From contig JBMFRC010000010.1 of NCBI GenBank assembly GCA_049968235.1, forward strand, positions 32,001 to 96,000: a stretch of 64,000 nucleotides of DNA. Direction: 5' to 3'. Below, piece after piece: positions 19,016 through 28,204 of this stretch. Origin of the DNA: Candidatus Hydrogenedens sp. (GTDB taxonomy: Bacteria; Hydrogenedentota; Hydrogenedentia; Hydrogenedentales; Hydrogenedentaceae). A program made the translations under genes and the position numbers. The notes beneath the pieces are model-generated. The model was not told the DNA's origin. It did not search any database and worked only from the letters and a program-made list of their open reading frames with translations. The first letter of the stretch is position 1. Each line of letters begins with the position of its first letter.

Positions 19016-19864
19016 TTATCCGATTTTTTCATTACTTATGTCCTGCAAACTATCTCCTAACAGATTCAGAAGGAGTAGTATGACAACAAAAGAACAACCT
19101 GGAAAAAGTAGTAACCATGGATATTCTTCCATTACTTCTACTCCCTCGCGAATTAATACGCCGAGAGAACACATTGGGGGTTGTACTCCCAAACCGAGAA
19201 AACTCAAGAAAGCCTCCAATAGGATTACCTGGGGAATAGTTAGTGTAGTATAAACGATAACAATATTTAATAAATTGGGAATAACATGCTTAAATAAAAT
19301 ACGGGGAGTTGAAAATCCAAGTGCTTTTGCAGAATATATGAATTCCTGTTGTTTGATGGAGAGAACTTTTCCACGAACAATTCGTGCCATAGTAAGCCAT
19401 TCTACCGCACCTATGGCTATAAATAACAAGTAGAAATTTCTACCGAAAAATGTCATCAGAATAATTACAAACATTGTAAAGGGCATAGTATAAAGAATAT
19501 CTATGAAATACATCATCCATGTATCAATCCATCCACCTATATATCCTGAAATAGAACCATAAGTAACCCCAATCAATAAGGCTACCATTGTTGCACACAA
19601 TCCTACCCAGAAAGATATTTTAATGCCATAAAGTGTCCTTATAAATAAATCTCTCCCTAATAAATCTGTTCCGAACCAATGTTCAAAGGAAGGTTTTACC
19701 GCACTCAATTCAAGATTCTGTTCATCGTATGTAACATTTAAAAAAATTGGAATTATAAAAGAAGAGGTAATGATAATAAACAGGAGCAATGATGCCCATT
19801 TCCCTTTTTTATTTATATTTGGTTTAATTTTTTGAATTAAAGTTTGATATTTACACATTTTCAT
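19016..19864 (-). CDS. ABC transporter permease, OppC/DppC family
   Basis: Multi-TM permease with the conserved EAA-like loop region (SAKALGFS); 282 aa. Confidence 0.75.
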   Translation of the reverse strand: MKMCKYQTLIQKIKPNINKKGKWASLLLFIIITSSFIIPIFLNVTYDEQNLELSAVKPSFEHWFGTDLLGRDLFIRTLYGIKISFWVGLCATMVALLIGVTYGSISGYIGGWIDTWMMYFIDILYTMPFTMFVIILMTFFGRNFYLLFIAIGAVEWLTMARIVRGKVLSIKQQEFIYSAKALGFSTPRILFKHVIPNLLNIVIVYTTLTIPQVILLEAFLSFLGLGVQPPMCSLGVLIREGVEVMEEYPWLLLFPGCSFVVILLLLNLLGDSLQDISNEKIG

Positions 19865-19876
19865 CTATCTTCATAT

Positions 19877-20794
19877 TTACTCGTATGAAATCCTTGGGTC
19901 AAGAAAACCTTGAATAATATCTACAATTAAATTAAATAGGAGTATTAAAAGTGCATAGATAAAAACGATACCCATTATCATTGTATAATCACGGTTGAAA
20001 GTTGCTTCAACAAATTCTCGACCTAATCCAGGTATCTGAAAAATAGTCTCTACAATAAATGAACCTGTTAGTAGCCCTGCAGTAGCAGGTCCTAAAAATG
20101 TTACTAATGGTTGTAAAGCTCCTTTTGATGCATGAATTAATAATATTCTTTTTCCAGATGCTCCTTTTGCAATGGCAGTTCTTATATAATCTTTCTTCAT
20201 TACTTCTATTATTCCTGAACGCATGATTCGTGTGATATATGCGGAATATACAAATCCTAATGAAATAGAGGGTAAAATTTTTTGTTGTGGGAAATCCCAC
20301 CCAGCCACAGGCAGTATTTCCCATTGTAATGCAAATATAAATACTAAAACAGGACCTATAACAAAGGCGGGAATACATATTCCCAGAACAGCAAAGGAGG
20401 TAAGGCATGTATCTATCCATGTGTTTTGATAAAATGCGGATATAATACCGCATAAACAACCCACAAAAAGTGCAAAAATTAAACTATATATACCTAACTC
20501 AATAGATATGGGAAGACGCATTAAAATCCATTCTCGAATGGTGTAACTTGATTTGCGAAAAGAAGGACCGAAATCAAAATGAATAACTCCATATAAATAT
20601 CTTAAATATTGTTTTATTATGGGTTCATCCAGATGGTAGTATTCCTCTAAACTGCGTTGAACCTCTTCGGGGACATTTTTATCTCTGTCAAAAGGACCTC
20701 CGGGTGCTAAACGTATCAGAAAAAAGGTAAGTGTAATTATTGCTAATAATACAGGTATAAAAAGTAATGTTTTTCTAAGTAAATATTTCCTCAT
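19877..20794 (-). CDS. ABC transporter permease, OppB/DppB family
   Basis: 305 aa, six TM segments, RTAIAKGAS motif typical of the OppB/DppB EAA loop. Confidence 0.75.
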   Translation of the reverse strand: MRKYLLRKTLLFIPVLLAIITLTFFLIRLAPGGPFDRDKNVPEEVQRSLEEYYHLDEPIIKQYLRYLYGVIHFDFGPSFRKSSYTIREWILMRLPISIELGIYSLIFALFVGCLCGIISAFYQNTWIDTCLTSFAVLGICIPAFVIGPVLVFIFALQWEILPVAGWDFPQQKILPSISLGFVYSAYITRIMRSGIIEVMKKDYIRTAIAKGASGKRILLIHASKGALQPLVTFLGPATAGLLTGSFIVETIFQIPGLGREFVEATFNRDYTMIMGIVFIYALLILLFNLIVDIIQGFLDPRISYE

Positions 20795-20810
20795 TAATAT
20801 TCTTTCTGAA

Positions 20811-22421
20811 TTAATTTTGCAAGTTTTTTATCTTTAATTCCTGCCATCGGATATAACCAAGGACATTAGGAGTAAAATTTGATACTCTGGAAGAAATCAA
20901 TATTTTCCATGTGTAAAAATATATGGGTATTATTGGTAATTCATCTAACAGTATTTTTTCTGCTTGAAACATAATAGCATTTCTTTTTTGTTCATCTGCC
21001 TCTCTATATGCTTGTTCTATAAGAGTATCAAACTGCTTATTTTCCCATCCTGTTCTATTGTTCCCACCATAACTTAAAAAACATTCGAGAAAATTTATTG
21101 GGTCAAGAAAGTCGGCAATCCATGCGGAACGAGCAATTTGATAGTCTAATTGATTCATCGAAGATAGATATACCTTCCAGTCTTGATTTAATAGTTTAAT
21201 GTCGATATTTAAATGTTTTTTCCACATTCTTTGAATCGCTTCTGCTATGAGTTTATGGGCTTCAGAAGTATTAAAAAGAATTTCAATTGTCGGGAAATTT
21301 TCCCCATTGGGATAACCTGCTTCTGCAAGGAGTTGTTGGGCATATCCAGGATTGTAGGTAATATCCTGTGGAGATTTATAAATGCCCATTCCGTCAGGTA
21401 CATAATGCGTTGCGGGTTGCTCTCCACCTTTCAAGACAAATTCTGTAATTTGTTGGCGGTCTATCGAATATGCCAGTGCTTTTCTTACTAAAGGATTATT
21501 TAAAACAGGATGTTTTACATTAACTCTATAGTAATATACGCCGATGTAAGGATGAAGGATTAAGGATTGAGGTTGGTTGATTTTATAGTATTCTAATTTT
21601 CTCAAAGGAATTGTGCTTGTTAAATCCAGATAATTTATTCTAAAAAGGCGTTCTTCTGTCATCTGATTATCTATGGGATAAAAAGATATCGTATCTATAG
21701 AAACATTATTTTTATTCCAATAAAATGGGTTCTTTTTAACCCGTATAATTTTATTAGGTGTCCATTCTTCTAATTGATAAGGACCATTACTTACATGATT
21801 GCCTGTGTGTGTCCATGGATTATTTCTTTCATTAATGATGCCGTATTTTTCTACTGTTTTTTTATGTATGGGAAACCATATATTATGTACTTGCATTTTC
21901 AAAAAATATGTGGTGGGGTATTCGAGTTCTATTTTTAGTGTATTTTCATCAATTGCTATAACTCCCACATTTGCGAAATTTTCTATTTGCCCTTCATAAA
22001 ATTTTTTTGCATTTTTGATGCAAAAAAGGAGATATGCATATTCAGATGATAGTTTTGGAGAGAGTATTCTTTCCCATGAGTTTATAAAATCTTGAGCAGT
22101 AACAGGGTCGCCATTAGACCAACAGGCGTTTTTTCTTAGGTAGAAAGTATAATTCTTTTTATCGTCAGAAATTACCCATTTTTCTGCCACTGCGGGTATT
22201 GGCTCTAATGTCTTTGGGTCAAGAGATGTTAACCCTTCAAAAAGAGCACTTAAAACACGATGCTCCGTTACTCCTGAAACAGTTGCAGGGTCTAAATCCT
22301 GAACCTCTGCCCCATTCCCTACAAATAATTCGTTATCGTTTTTTGGTTTATATGATGAACAAGAGAGACAAATTACTACAAGTAATATTATTACAGATAT
22401 GTAATATTTTTCATTGAGCAT
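20811..22421 (-). CDS. ABC transporter substrate-binding protein, family 5 (OppA/DppA-like)
   Basis: 536 aa with a signal peptide and SBP_bac_5 architecture; lies upstream of the two permeases. Confidence 0.7.
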   Translation of the reverse strand: MLNEKYYISVIILLVVICLSCSSYKPKNDNELFVGNGAEVQDLDPATVSGVTEHRVLSALFEGLTSLDPKTLEPIPAVAEKWVISDDKKNYTFYLRKNACWSNGDPVTAQDFINSWERILSPKLSSEYAYLLFCIKNAKKFYEGQIENFANVGVIAIDENTLKIELEYPTTYFLKMQVHNIWFPIHKKTVEKYGIINERNNPWTHTGNHVSNGPYQLEEWTPNKIIRVKKNPFYWNKNNVSIDTISFYPIDNQMTEERLFRINYLDLTSTIPLRKLEYYKINQPQSLILHPYIGVYYYRVNVKHPVLNNPLVRKALAYSIDRQQITEFVLKGGEQPATHYVPDGMGIYKSPQDITYNPGYAQQLLAEAGYPNGENFPTIEILFNTSEAHKLIAEAIQRMWKKHLNIDIKLLNQDWKVYLSSMNQLDYQIARSAWIADFLDPINFLECFLSYGGNNRTGWENKQFDTLIEQAYREADEQKRNAIMFQAEKILLDELPIIPIYFYTWKILISSRVSNFTPNVLGYIRWQELKIKNLQN

Positions 22422-22430
22422 GTTGTTCGT

Positions 22431-23903
22431 TTATTTGTCCCACTTATCCCATGGAGCCGGATTTATTGGCTTATATTCTTCAAGTATAAAGGAATTTGCG
22501 ATAACTTCCCGTATTTCTTGCGGTGATTTTAGGGCTCCAACGGCTAGTGCTTGAACACCGATATTCCCTAATACGGTTGCTTCTATGGGACCTGCTATAA
22601 CAGGGATATTACATGCATCCGAAGTCATTTGACATAGAAGTTTATTCTGCACACCTCCACCAACAATATGTAATTTTTTTATCTCGCAATTTAATAATTT
22701 ATTTAATGATTTAATTGTTTGCCGATAATTTAATGCTAAACTTTCGAGGGCACATCGGACAATTTCTCCTTTAGTTTGGGGGATGTTAAATCCTAATTCT
22801 TCGCATATTGTTTGTATGGCTTGGGGCATATTTTCAGGGGCTAATAGTCTTGGTTCATTGACTGGAATAAGAGATTTAAAAGGTTCGGCTTCTTCGGCTT
22901 CTTTTGTCATTTGGTCATACGAAATTTGAAGTCCTTCACGTTCCCATGTTCTTCTACATTCTTGAACAAGCCATAATCCAAATATATTTTTCAGGTAACG
23001 GATTTTGTTACCTACACCTCCTTCATTTGTAAACCCTGCTTCCATACTTTCTTTTGTAATATTGGGTTCATTGAGTTCTGTCCCTAATAATGACCATGTG
23101 CCACTGGATAAGTATGCCCAGGGTTCAGATGTATCTATAATCGGGATAGCAGAAACTGCACATGCGGTATCATGTGTAGCAGGGGTTATAACAGGTGTTT
23201 CGGGAGAAATACCTGTATAATGAGCAATTTCGGGGAGTAAACCTCCCAGTATTGTTCCCGGTGGAATAATTTCTTCTAATATATTTTCGGGTATTGAAAA
23301 TTTTTTTATTAATTCCTTGCTCCAATTTCTTTGTTTTGCATCCAACATTTGTGTAGTGGAAGCATTTGTATATTCACAGGAACGAACTCCACTTAACAGA
23401 TAACCGAATAAATCTCCCATTAAAAGAAGAGAGTCTGCTATTTTCAAAAAAGGTGATTTTGTTTTTATTAAACTTAGAATTTGAAATAATGAATTGAATG
23501 GTAAAAATTGTATGCCTGTAATTTTATATATCTCTTCTTTAGGTAGGATGGAAAAAGCATAGTCCATCATATCCTGTGTTCGTTTATCCCTGTAATGTAC
23601 CGGGTTGGCTATTACAGAACCATCTTCGGCAATTAAACCGAAATCAACTCCCCATGTATCTACGCCCATACCATCTAAATCGGATGTATATTCTTTTGCA
23701 CATTTTCTTAACGCAAAACACATTTCTTCATAAATGCGTGCTAAATCCCATTGACGAACACCTAACATTATTAAACCTTCAGTTCTGAATCGATGAATTA
23801 CCTGTAAATCTATTTTATGGTCTTTTAATGTTCCTAATACTGCCCTTCCACTTTCGGCACCTAAATCAAATGCTAAAAATTGGTATACTTTTTTACTCAT
23901 CAT
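22431..23903 (-). CDS. FGGY-family carbohydrate kinase (rhamnulokinase-like)
   Basis: N-terminal FLAFDLGAESGRAVLG, an ATP-binding motif of the actin-like fold; 490 aa. The rhamnulokinase assignment is tentative. Confidence 0.6.
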   Translation of the reverse strand: MMSKKVYQFLAFDLGAESGRAVLGTLKDHKIDLQVIHRFRTEGLIMLGVRQWDLARIYEEMCFALRKCAKEYTSDLDGMGVDTWGVDFGLIAEDGSVIANPVHYRDKRTQDMMDYAFSILPKEEIYKITGIQFLPFNSLFQILSLIKTKSPFLKIADSLLLMGDLFGYLLSGVRSCEYTNASTTQMLDAKQRNWSKELIKKFSIPENILEEIIPPGTILGGLLPEIAHYTGISPETPVITPATHDTACAVSAIPIIDTSEPWAYLSSGTWSLLGTELNEPNITKESMEAGFTNEGGVGNKIRYLKNIFGLWLVQECRRTWEREGLQISYDQMTKEAEEAEPFKSLIPVNEPRLLAPENMPQAIQTICEELGFNIPQTKGEIVRCALESLALNYRQTIKSLNKLLNCEIKKLHIVGGGVQNKLLCQMTSDACNIPVIAGPIEATVLGNIGVQALAVGALKSPQEIREVIANSFILEEYKPINPAPWDKWDK

Positions 23904-23956
23904 TAATACCCTTTCTTTTACGAATCTTTATTATGTCTTCTATTTTATTCATAATT

Positions 23957-24958
23957 TTAATCAATTACAACTACACCACTTCCATTAAGAATACCATTTT
24001 TTAATTTTTGAAGTATCTGGTTGGAATATACTAAAGATGTTTTTTCAACATGCGTTTTGATGGGTATATTCTTAACTTCTTCAAATAATTCCTGACCATC
24101 ATTTCTTGTGTTTGCTGAGACAGAAATAATTTGTTTTTCATAAAAAAGATGCTTTTCATATTCCAGAGAAGGTGTATCTGACATGTATATACCGGCTAAA
24201 ACGAGTTTACCTCCTTTTTTTAAGTATTGTAAGGATGTAGGGATAAGATTTCCATTTGGGGCAAAGATTATTGATGCATCGGGCAAATCTGGCATTTTTG
24301 ATGGGTTATTATCTGTCCAATCAGCACCTAATTCTTTTGCTAATTTCTGGTGATTTTCTTTTCGACTTACTACAAATACAGAAGCACCTTTTGCTTTTGC
24401 AATTTGTAATATAATATGAGCGGAAGCACCAAAACCATAAAGAGCCACTATTTGTCCTTTTTTAATTTCCGATTTTTTCCATGCCCTATACCCTATTATT
24501 CCTGCACAAAGTAACGGGGCTGTTTTTATATCATCCAAATTATTCGGTAGTGGATAGGCATAATCTTCATGTATTAAGGTGTATTCTGCATAACCTCCAT
24601 GTTCATGGTAACCCGTATATAAACTATGCTCGCATAAATTTTCTTTCTCTGTTTTACAAAAAGAACAGATTCCACAGGTTTTTCTTAGCCATGCAATTCC
24701 TACCTTATCCCCTATTCTAAATTTTGTGCATTTGTTCCCTGTTTTTTCTACAACACCTATAATCTGATGTCCTGGGATTATAGGTAATCTTTTGGCATGT
24801 AATTCACCTTCAATAATATGCAGGTCTGTTCTACAAATAGCACAACATATTACTTTTATCAACAGCTCTTTTTCATTAGGTTCGGGGATATCCCATTCTT
24901 CTATAGTTAATGGAGAAGTCTCAATAGAATTCTGTTCCCTTAAAACCATCGCTTTCAT
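23957..24958 (-). CDS. Zinc-dependent alcohol dehydrogenase (MDR family)
   Basis: Zn-binding CCAICRTDLHIIEGE, structural-zinc cysteines CGICSFC, NAD-binding GFGASAH. Confidence 0.8.
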   Translation of the reverse strand: MKAMVLREQNSIETSPLTIEEWDIPEPNEKELLIKVICCAICRTDLHIIEGELHAKRLPIIPGHQIIGVVEKTGNKCTKFRIGDKVGIAWLRKTCGICSFCKTEKENLCEHSLYTGYHEHGGYAEYTLIHEDYAYPLPNNLDDIKTAPLLCAGIIGYRAWKKSEIKKGQIVALYGFGASAHIILQIAKAKGASVFVVSRKENHQKLAKELGADWTDNNPSKMPDLPDASIIFAPNGNLIPTSLQYLKKGGKLVLAGIYMSDTPSLEYEKHLFYEKQIISVSANTRNDGQELFEEVKNIPIKTHVEKTSLVYSNQILQKLKNGILNGSGVVVID

Positions 24959-25034
24959 ATTTATTTTCCCTTATACGGTAACATTTTCTGCTTTTTATGT
25001 ATTATAATATAATAAGATTTGTAAGGAATAGACT

Positions 25035-25331
25035 ATGATAAAACAACCTGTGCCATATAAAAGAATTATTTTTGTTTGCACGAATAAAAAAGAAGATTTA
25101 TCAAAGCCATGTTGTGCTGCTAAAAAAGGTGAGGAAATAGCAACAAAATTAAAGCAGATTGTACGAGAAAGAAATTTGAAGGACCAAATTCGAGTTTCCA
25201 AATCAGGTTGTATGGGCAAATGTGAGCATGGACCGAATCTTATGGTTTACCCGGAAGGTATCTGGTATAGTAATATTAAAGAAGAAGATTTACAATTTCT
25301 TTTTGATGAACTACTAAAACCTTTATTATAA
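25035..25331 (+). CDS. Thioredoxin-like [2Fe-2S] ferredoxin
   Basis: 98 aa; the four cysteines in PCCAAKKG...GCMGKCEHGP fit the NuoE-like 2Fe-2S ferredoxin fold. Confidence 0.65.
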   Translation: MIKQPVPYKRIIFVCTNKKEDLSKPCCAAKKGEEIATKLKQIVRERNLKDQIRVSKSGCMGKCEHGPNLMVYPEGIWYSNIKEEDLQFLFDELLKPLL

Positions 25332-25411
25332 TCATATCTGCTGACCCTAAATTATCTTTAAGATAAACTTTATGTTGTATGTATACTGTCAAAATTAAAA
25401 TTTATGAATGC

Positions 25412-25495
25412 GGAGGGTTAGGATAATTGGTAATCCACCGGTCTTGAAAACCGGCGCCTTCGGGCTTGGGGGTTCGAGTCCCCCACCCTCCGCCA
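25412..25495 (+). tRNA. tRNA-Ser (anticodon UGA), type II with long variable arm
   Basis: Folded by hand. Acceptor stem GGAGGGT/ACCCTCC, U8, 3-bp D-stem GGA/TCC, anticodon stem CCGGT/ACCGG with loop CUUGAAA giving anticodon UGA, long variable arm GCGCCTTCGGGC, T-arm GGGGG-TTCGAGT-CCCCC, discriminator G and an encoded CCA. Confidence 0.85.
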
Positions 25496-25522
25496 TTTTT
25501 CTTAACATTTAGGAGGAATATT

Positions 25523-26497
25523 ATGAATGTAGGAATTTTAGGATGCGGGACAATGGGACGGCTACATGCAGAAATGGCTGGGAAATGTGGTCTTAAGGTG
25601 GTCCAATGTTCTGATGTTAATTCTCAAAGTGGTAAAGCGTTGGCAAAAAATTTTAAAGCCAGATTCGTGAAGAATTGGGAAAATATTGTAGCAGATAAAG
25701 ATGTGGATATAATCGCAATAGCCACACCTACACCGTTACATTTTCCCATGCTGGATATGGCAATAAAAAAAGGGAAATATATCTTTTGTGAAAAACCTCT
25801 TTGCAGGACTGTGGAGGAGTGCAAAAAAGTTATTCAAAAAGCAGAAAAAGCAAAAGTTAAACTTTTTGTGGGGCATGTTGTCCGTTATTTCCATGAATTT
25901 GAGGCAATTCAGGAACAGATTAAATCAGGAAAAATCGGTGATGTAGGTTTTATTAAAATGTATCGTGGAGGAATGCCACCGCAAGGTAAGAACAATTGGT
26001 TCTGTGATTTTTCAAAAAGTGGTGGGGTTACATTTGATTGTATGATACATGATATTGACTGGCTACGGTATATCTTTGGTGAGGTTAAAACGGTATATTG
26101 CCAAAATCTTATAGAAAAGAATTGTGCACCTTTAGATTATTCCCAGGTAACAGTTCGTATGCAAAATGGTGTTCTGGCTCTGGTTATCGGTACATGGGCT
26201 CATCCCTCGGGATTTCGCGTTAAAGTTGAAGTATGTGGTAGTGATGGTCTTATGTATTACGATAATATGGAAACCCCTTTAGAAGTTCAGTTAAGGGAAC
26301 AAAGTAAACGGCAAGGAACAATTGTTCCCGAAAGTCCTGTAATAAAAAGCCCTTATCAAAAAGAATGGGAAGATTTTATAAACTGGATTAAAAACGGTAA
26401 AGAGCCACGCGTTTCTATGTATGATGCACTCAAGGCAGTAGAAATCGTAAGTGCATGTCTTCGTTCTGCAAAAATTAAACAACCTGTGAATTTATAA
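25523..26497 (+). CDS. Gfo/Idh/MocA-family NAD(P)-dependent oxidoreductase
   Basis: Rossmann motif VGILGCGTMG and EKP motif (CEKPL). The start is reassigned to ATG 25523, preceded by RBS AGGAGG; the ORF-track start at 25466 runs through the tRNA. Confidence 0.75.
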   Translation: MNVGILGCGTMGRLHAEMAGKCGLKVVQCSDVNSQSGKALAKNFKARFVKNWENIVADKDVDIIAIATPTPLHFPMLDMAIKKGKYIFCEKPLCRTVEECKKVIQKAEKAKVKLFVGHVVRYFHEFEAIQEQIKSGKIGDVGFIKMYRGGMPPQGKNNWFCDFSKSGGVTFDCMIHDIDWLRYIFGEVKTVYCQNLIEKNCAPLDYSQVTVRMQNGVLALVIGTWAHPSGFRVKVEVCGSDGLMYYDNMETPLEVQLREQSKRQGTIVPESPVIKSPYQKEWEDFINWIKNGKEPRVSMYDALKAVEIVSACLRSAKIKQPVNL

Positions 26498-26509
26498 GGA
26501 GGAAATAAC

Positions 26510-27508
26510 ATGGTTAAACTCGGGATTATGAGTTTTGCTCATTTACATGCTTATAGTTATGCACATTGTGTCAATCTAATTCCTGATGTGGAATTGACTG
26601 CTATCTGGGATGATGATAAGGAAAGAGGGAAAGAAGCTAGTAAACAATATCAAACAAATTTTGTTGAAAATTTGGATGAGTTTTTAAGTCTTCCCATAGA
26701 TGGTGTCATTATTACATCCGAAAATGTTAACCATAAACCTATGACGATAAAATCGGCAGAAGCAGGGAAATGGGTACTTTGCGAAAAACCCCTTGCTACA
26801 ACTATTGAGGATGCTATGTTAATGATAAATACCTGTAGAAAAGCGGGTGTGGGTTTGGGCGTTGCTTTCCCTTGCCGATTTTTAACTCCCATTTTGAAGG
26901 CTAAGGAATATATAAAGTCAGGAAAATTGGGAACGATTCTTTCAATCTCCTGCACGAACAATGGTTCATATCCCGGTGGTTGGTTCGGTGATGTGAAACT
27001 ATCGGGAGGTGGAGCGGTAATGGACCATACGGTACATGTTGCTGACCTTTTAAGATGGATGCTGGACAGAGAATTTGATAGCGTATATTGTGAATTGGGC
27101 AATCAAATGCATAAGGGAATTTTGGAAACGGATGACATGGGTTGTTTGCAATTAGAAATGGAAGGGGGTATCCAAGTATCTCATATTGCGAGTTGGAACC
27201 GGCCGAAGAGTTTCCCAACATGGGGCGATGTAACAATGGAGTTTATAGGAACAAAAGGTGTTTTATATCTGGATGCATTTAATCAGAAATTGAACATATA
27301 TAGCGATTTTGCGATGAAAACGGAATGGGGATTTTGGGGAGATAATCCTGATTTGGGATTAATTCAGGATTTTGTAAAATCTATACAGGAGAAAAGAGAC
27401 CCCATGTCAAAAGGAATTGATGGTTTGCGTTCTGTGGAAGTTACTGTATTTGCATATGAGTCGTATAAGGCTGGCAAAAGGATTAAAATAAAAAAAGCAA
27501 AATGTTAG
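26510..27508 (+). CDS. Gfo/Idh/MocA-family oxidoreductase (second paralogue)
   Basis: LGIMSFAHLHA N-terminus and CEKPL motif; 332 aa. Confidence 0.7.
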   Translation: MVKLGIMSFAHLHAYSYAHCVNLIPDVELTAIWDDDKERGKEASKQYQTNFVENLDEFLSLPIDGVIITSENVNHKPMTIKSAEAGKWVLCEKPLATTIEDAMLMINTCRKAGVGLGVAFPCRFLTPILKAKEYIKSGKLGTILSISCTNNGSYPGGWFGDVKLSGGGAVMDHTVHVADLLRWMLDREFDSVYCELGNQMHKGILETDDMGCLQLEMEGGIQVSHIASWNRPKSFPTWGDVTMEFIGTKGVLYLDAFNQKLNIYSDFAMKTEWGFWGDNPDLGLIQDFVKSIQEKRDPMSKGIDGLRSVEVTVFAYESYKAGKRIKIKKAKC

Positions 27509-27512
27509 ATTG

Positions 27513-28082
27513 TTATGAAATTTGTTTTTTCCACTTGTAAAGTATATCGTAAAGAATAATTCCGAAACTGGTTGCAACATTGATAGTATTTTTATAACCG
27601 TACATAGGGATATGAATAATATCATCAGCAATTTTTAATACCTTTTCCTGAACCCCCATCACTTCGTTTCCAAAAACAATTGCTACAGGTGAATGCCAGT
27701 TGTAATCAAAACAGGATTTTGAGTTCTCAGTAATCTCTATTGCAACAACAGGAATAGATTTTTCTTTTAATCCCATTATACAATCTTTTGTCCGTTCATA
27801 ATAACTCCATGGGATATATTCATGGGCTCCTAATGCGGTTTTTTCTATTTTCTTATGGGGAGGATGTGCAGACATACCACAGAGATATATATGTTCTACC
27901 GCACCTGCATCTGCGGTTCTGAAAATGGAACCTACATTATAGGCACTTCTTAAATTGTCCAGTATTACATGAATAGGATTTCGCTCTATGGGATGTAAAG
28001 AAGTAATATCCAATCCCTTATAAAAAGGTTCCTGAGGAGAATAAGGAATAGGGTCTCGTTTGAACTGTTCTAATTCATCCAT
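27513..28082 (-). CDS. SpoU/TrmH-family RNA 2'-O-methyltransferase
   Basis: SPOUT motifs NVGSIFRTADAGAVEHIYLCG and VVAIEI...VFGNEVMGV. Confidence 0.7.
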   Translation of the reverse strand: MDELEQFKRDPIPYSPQEPFYKGLDITSLHPIERNPIHVILDNLRSAYNVGSIFRTADAGAVEHIYLCGMSAHPPHKKIEKTALGAHEYIPWSYYERTKDCIMGLKEKSIPVVAIEITENSKSCFDYNWHSPVAIVFGNEVMGVQEKVLKIADDIIHIPMYGYKNTINVATSFGIILYDILYKWKKQIS

Positions 28083-28114
28083 ATTTCTAGGAAAGTTTAA
28101 ACCTTTATAAAAAG

Positions 28115-28125
28115 TGTGCTATAAT
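28115..28125 (+). promoter_or_regulatory. Extended -10 promoter element (TGcTATAAT) upstream of serC
   Basis: TGC-TATAAT at 28117-28125, about 80 nt upstream of the serC ATG, in the divergent intergenic region. Confidence 0.4.
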
Positions 28126-28204
28126 TATTGAAATTATAGAATTTGGGCTTCATTTTACTAAAATCTCAACAATCAATTCACTTTTAATCTTTTAGGAGAA
28201 TAAT

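Noticed and set aside
25412-25495. tRNA with long variable arm near a ferredoxin, considered as a possible tRNA-Sec marking a selenoprotein locus
   Set aside because: The anticodon loop reads CUUGAAA, so the anticodon is UGA (Ser); Sec needs UCA. The acceptor/T-arm geometry is standard 7/5 rather than the Sec 8/5 or 9/4, and no selB/selA or in-frame TGA genes are nearby.
25466-25522. 5' extension of the Gfo/Idh/MocA ORF (MGVRVPHPPPFFLTF...)
   Set aside because: The extension is read straight through the tRNA-Ser T-arm and acceptor stem. A canonical RBS plus ATG at 25523 gives a normal oxidoreductase N-terminus (MNVGILGCGTMG).
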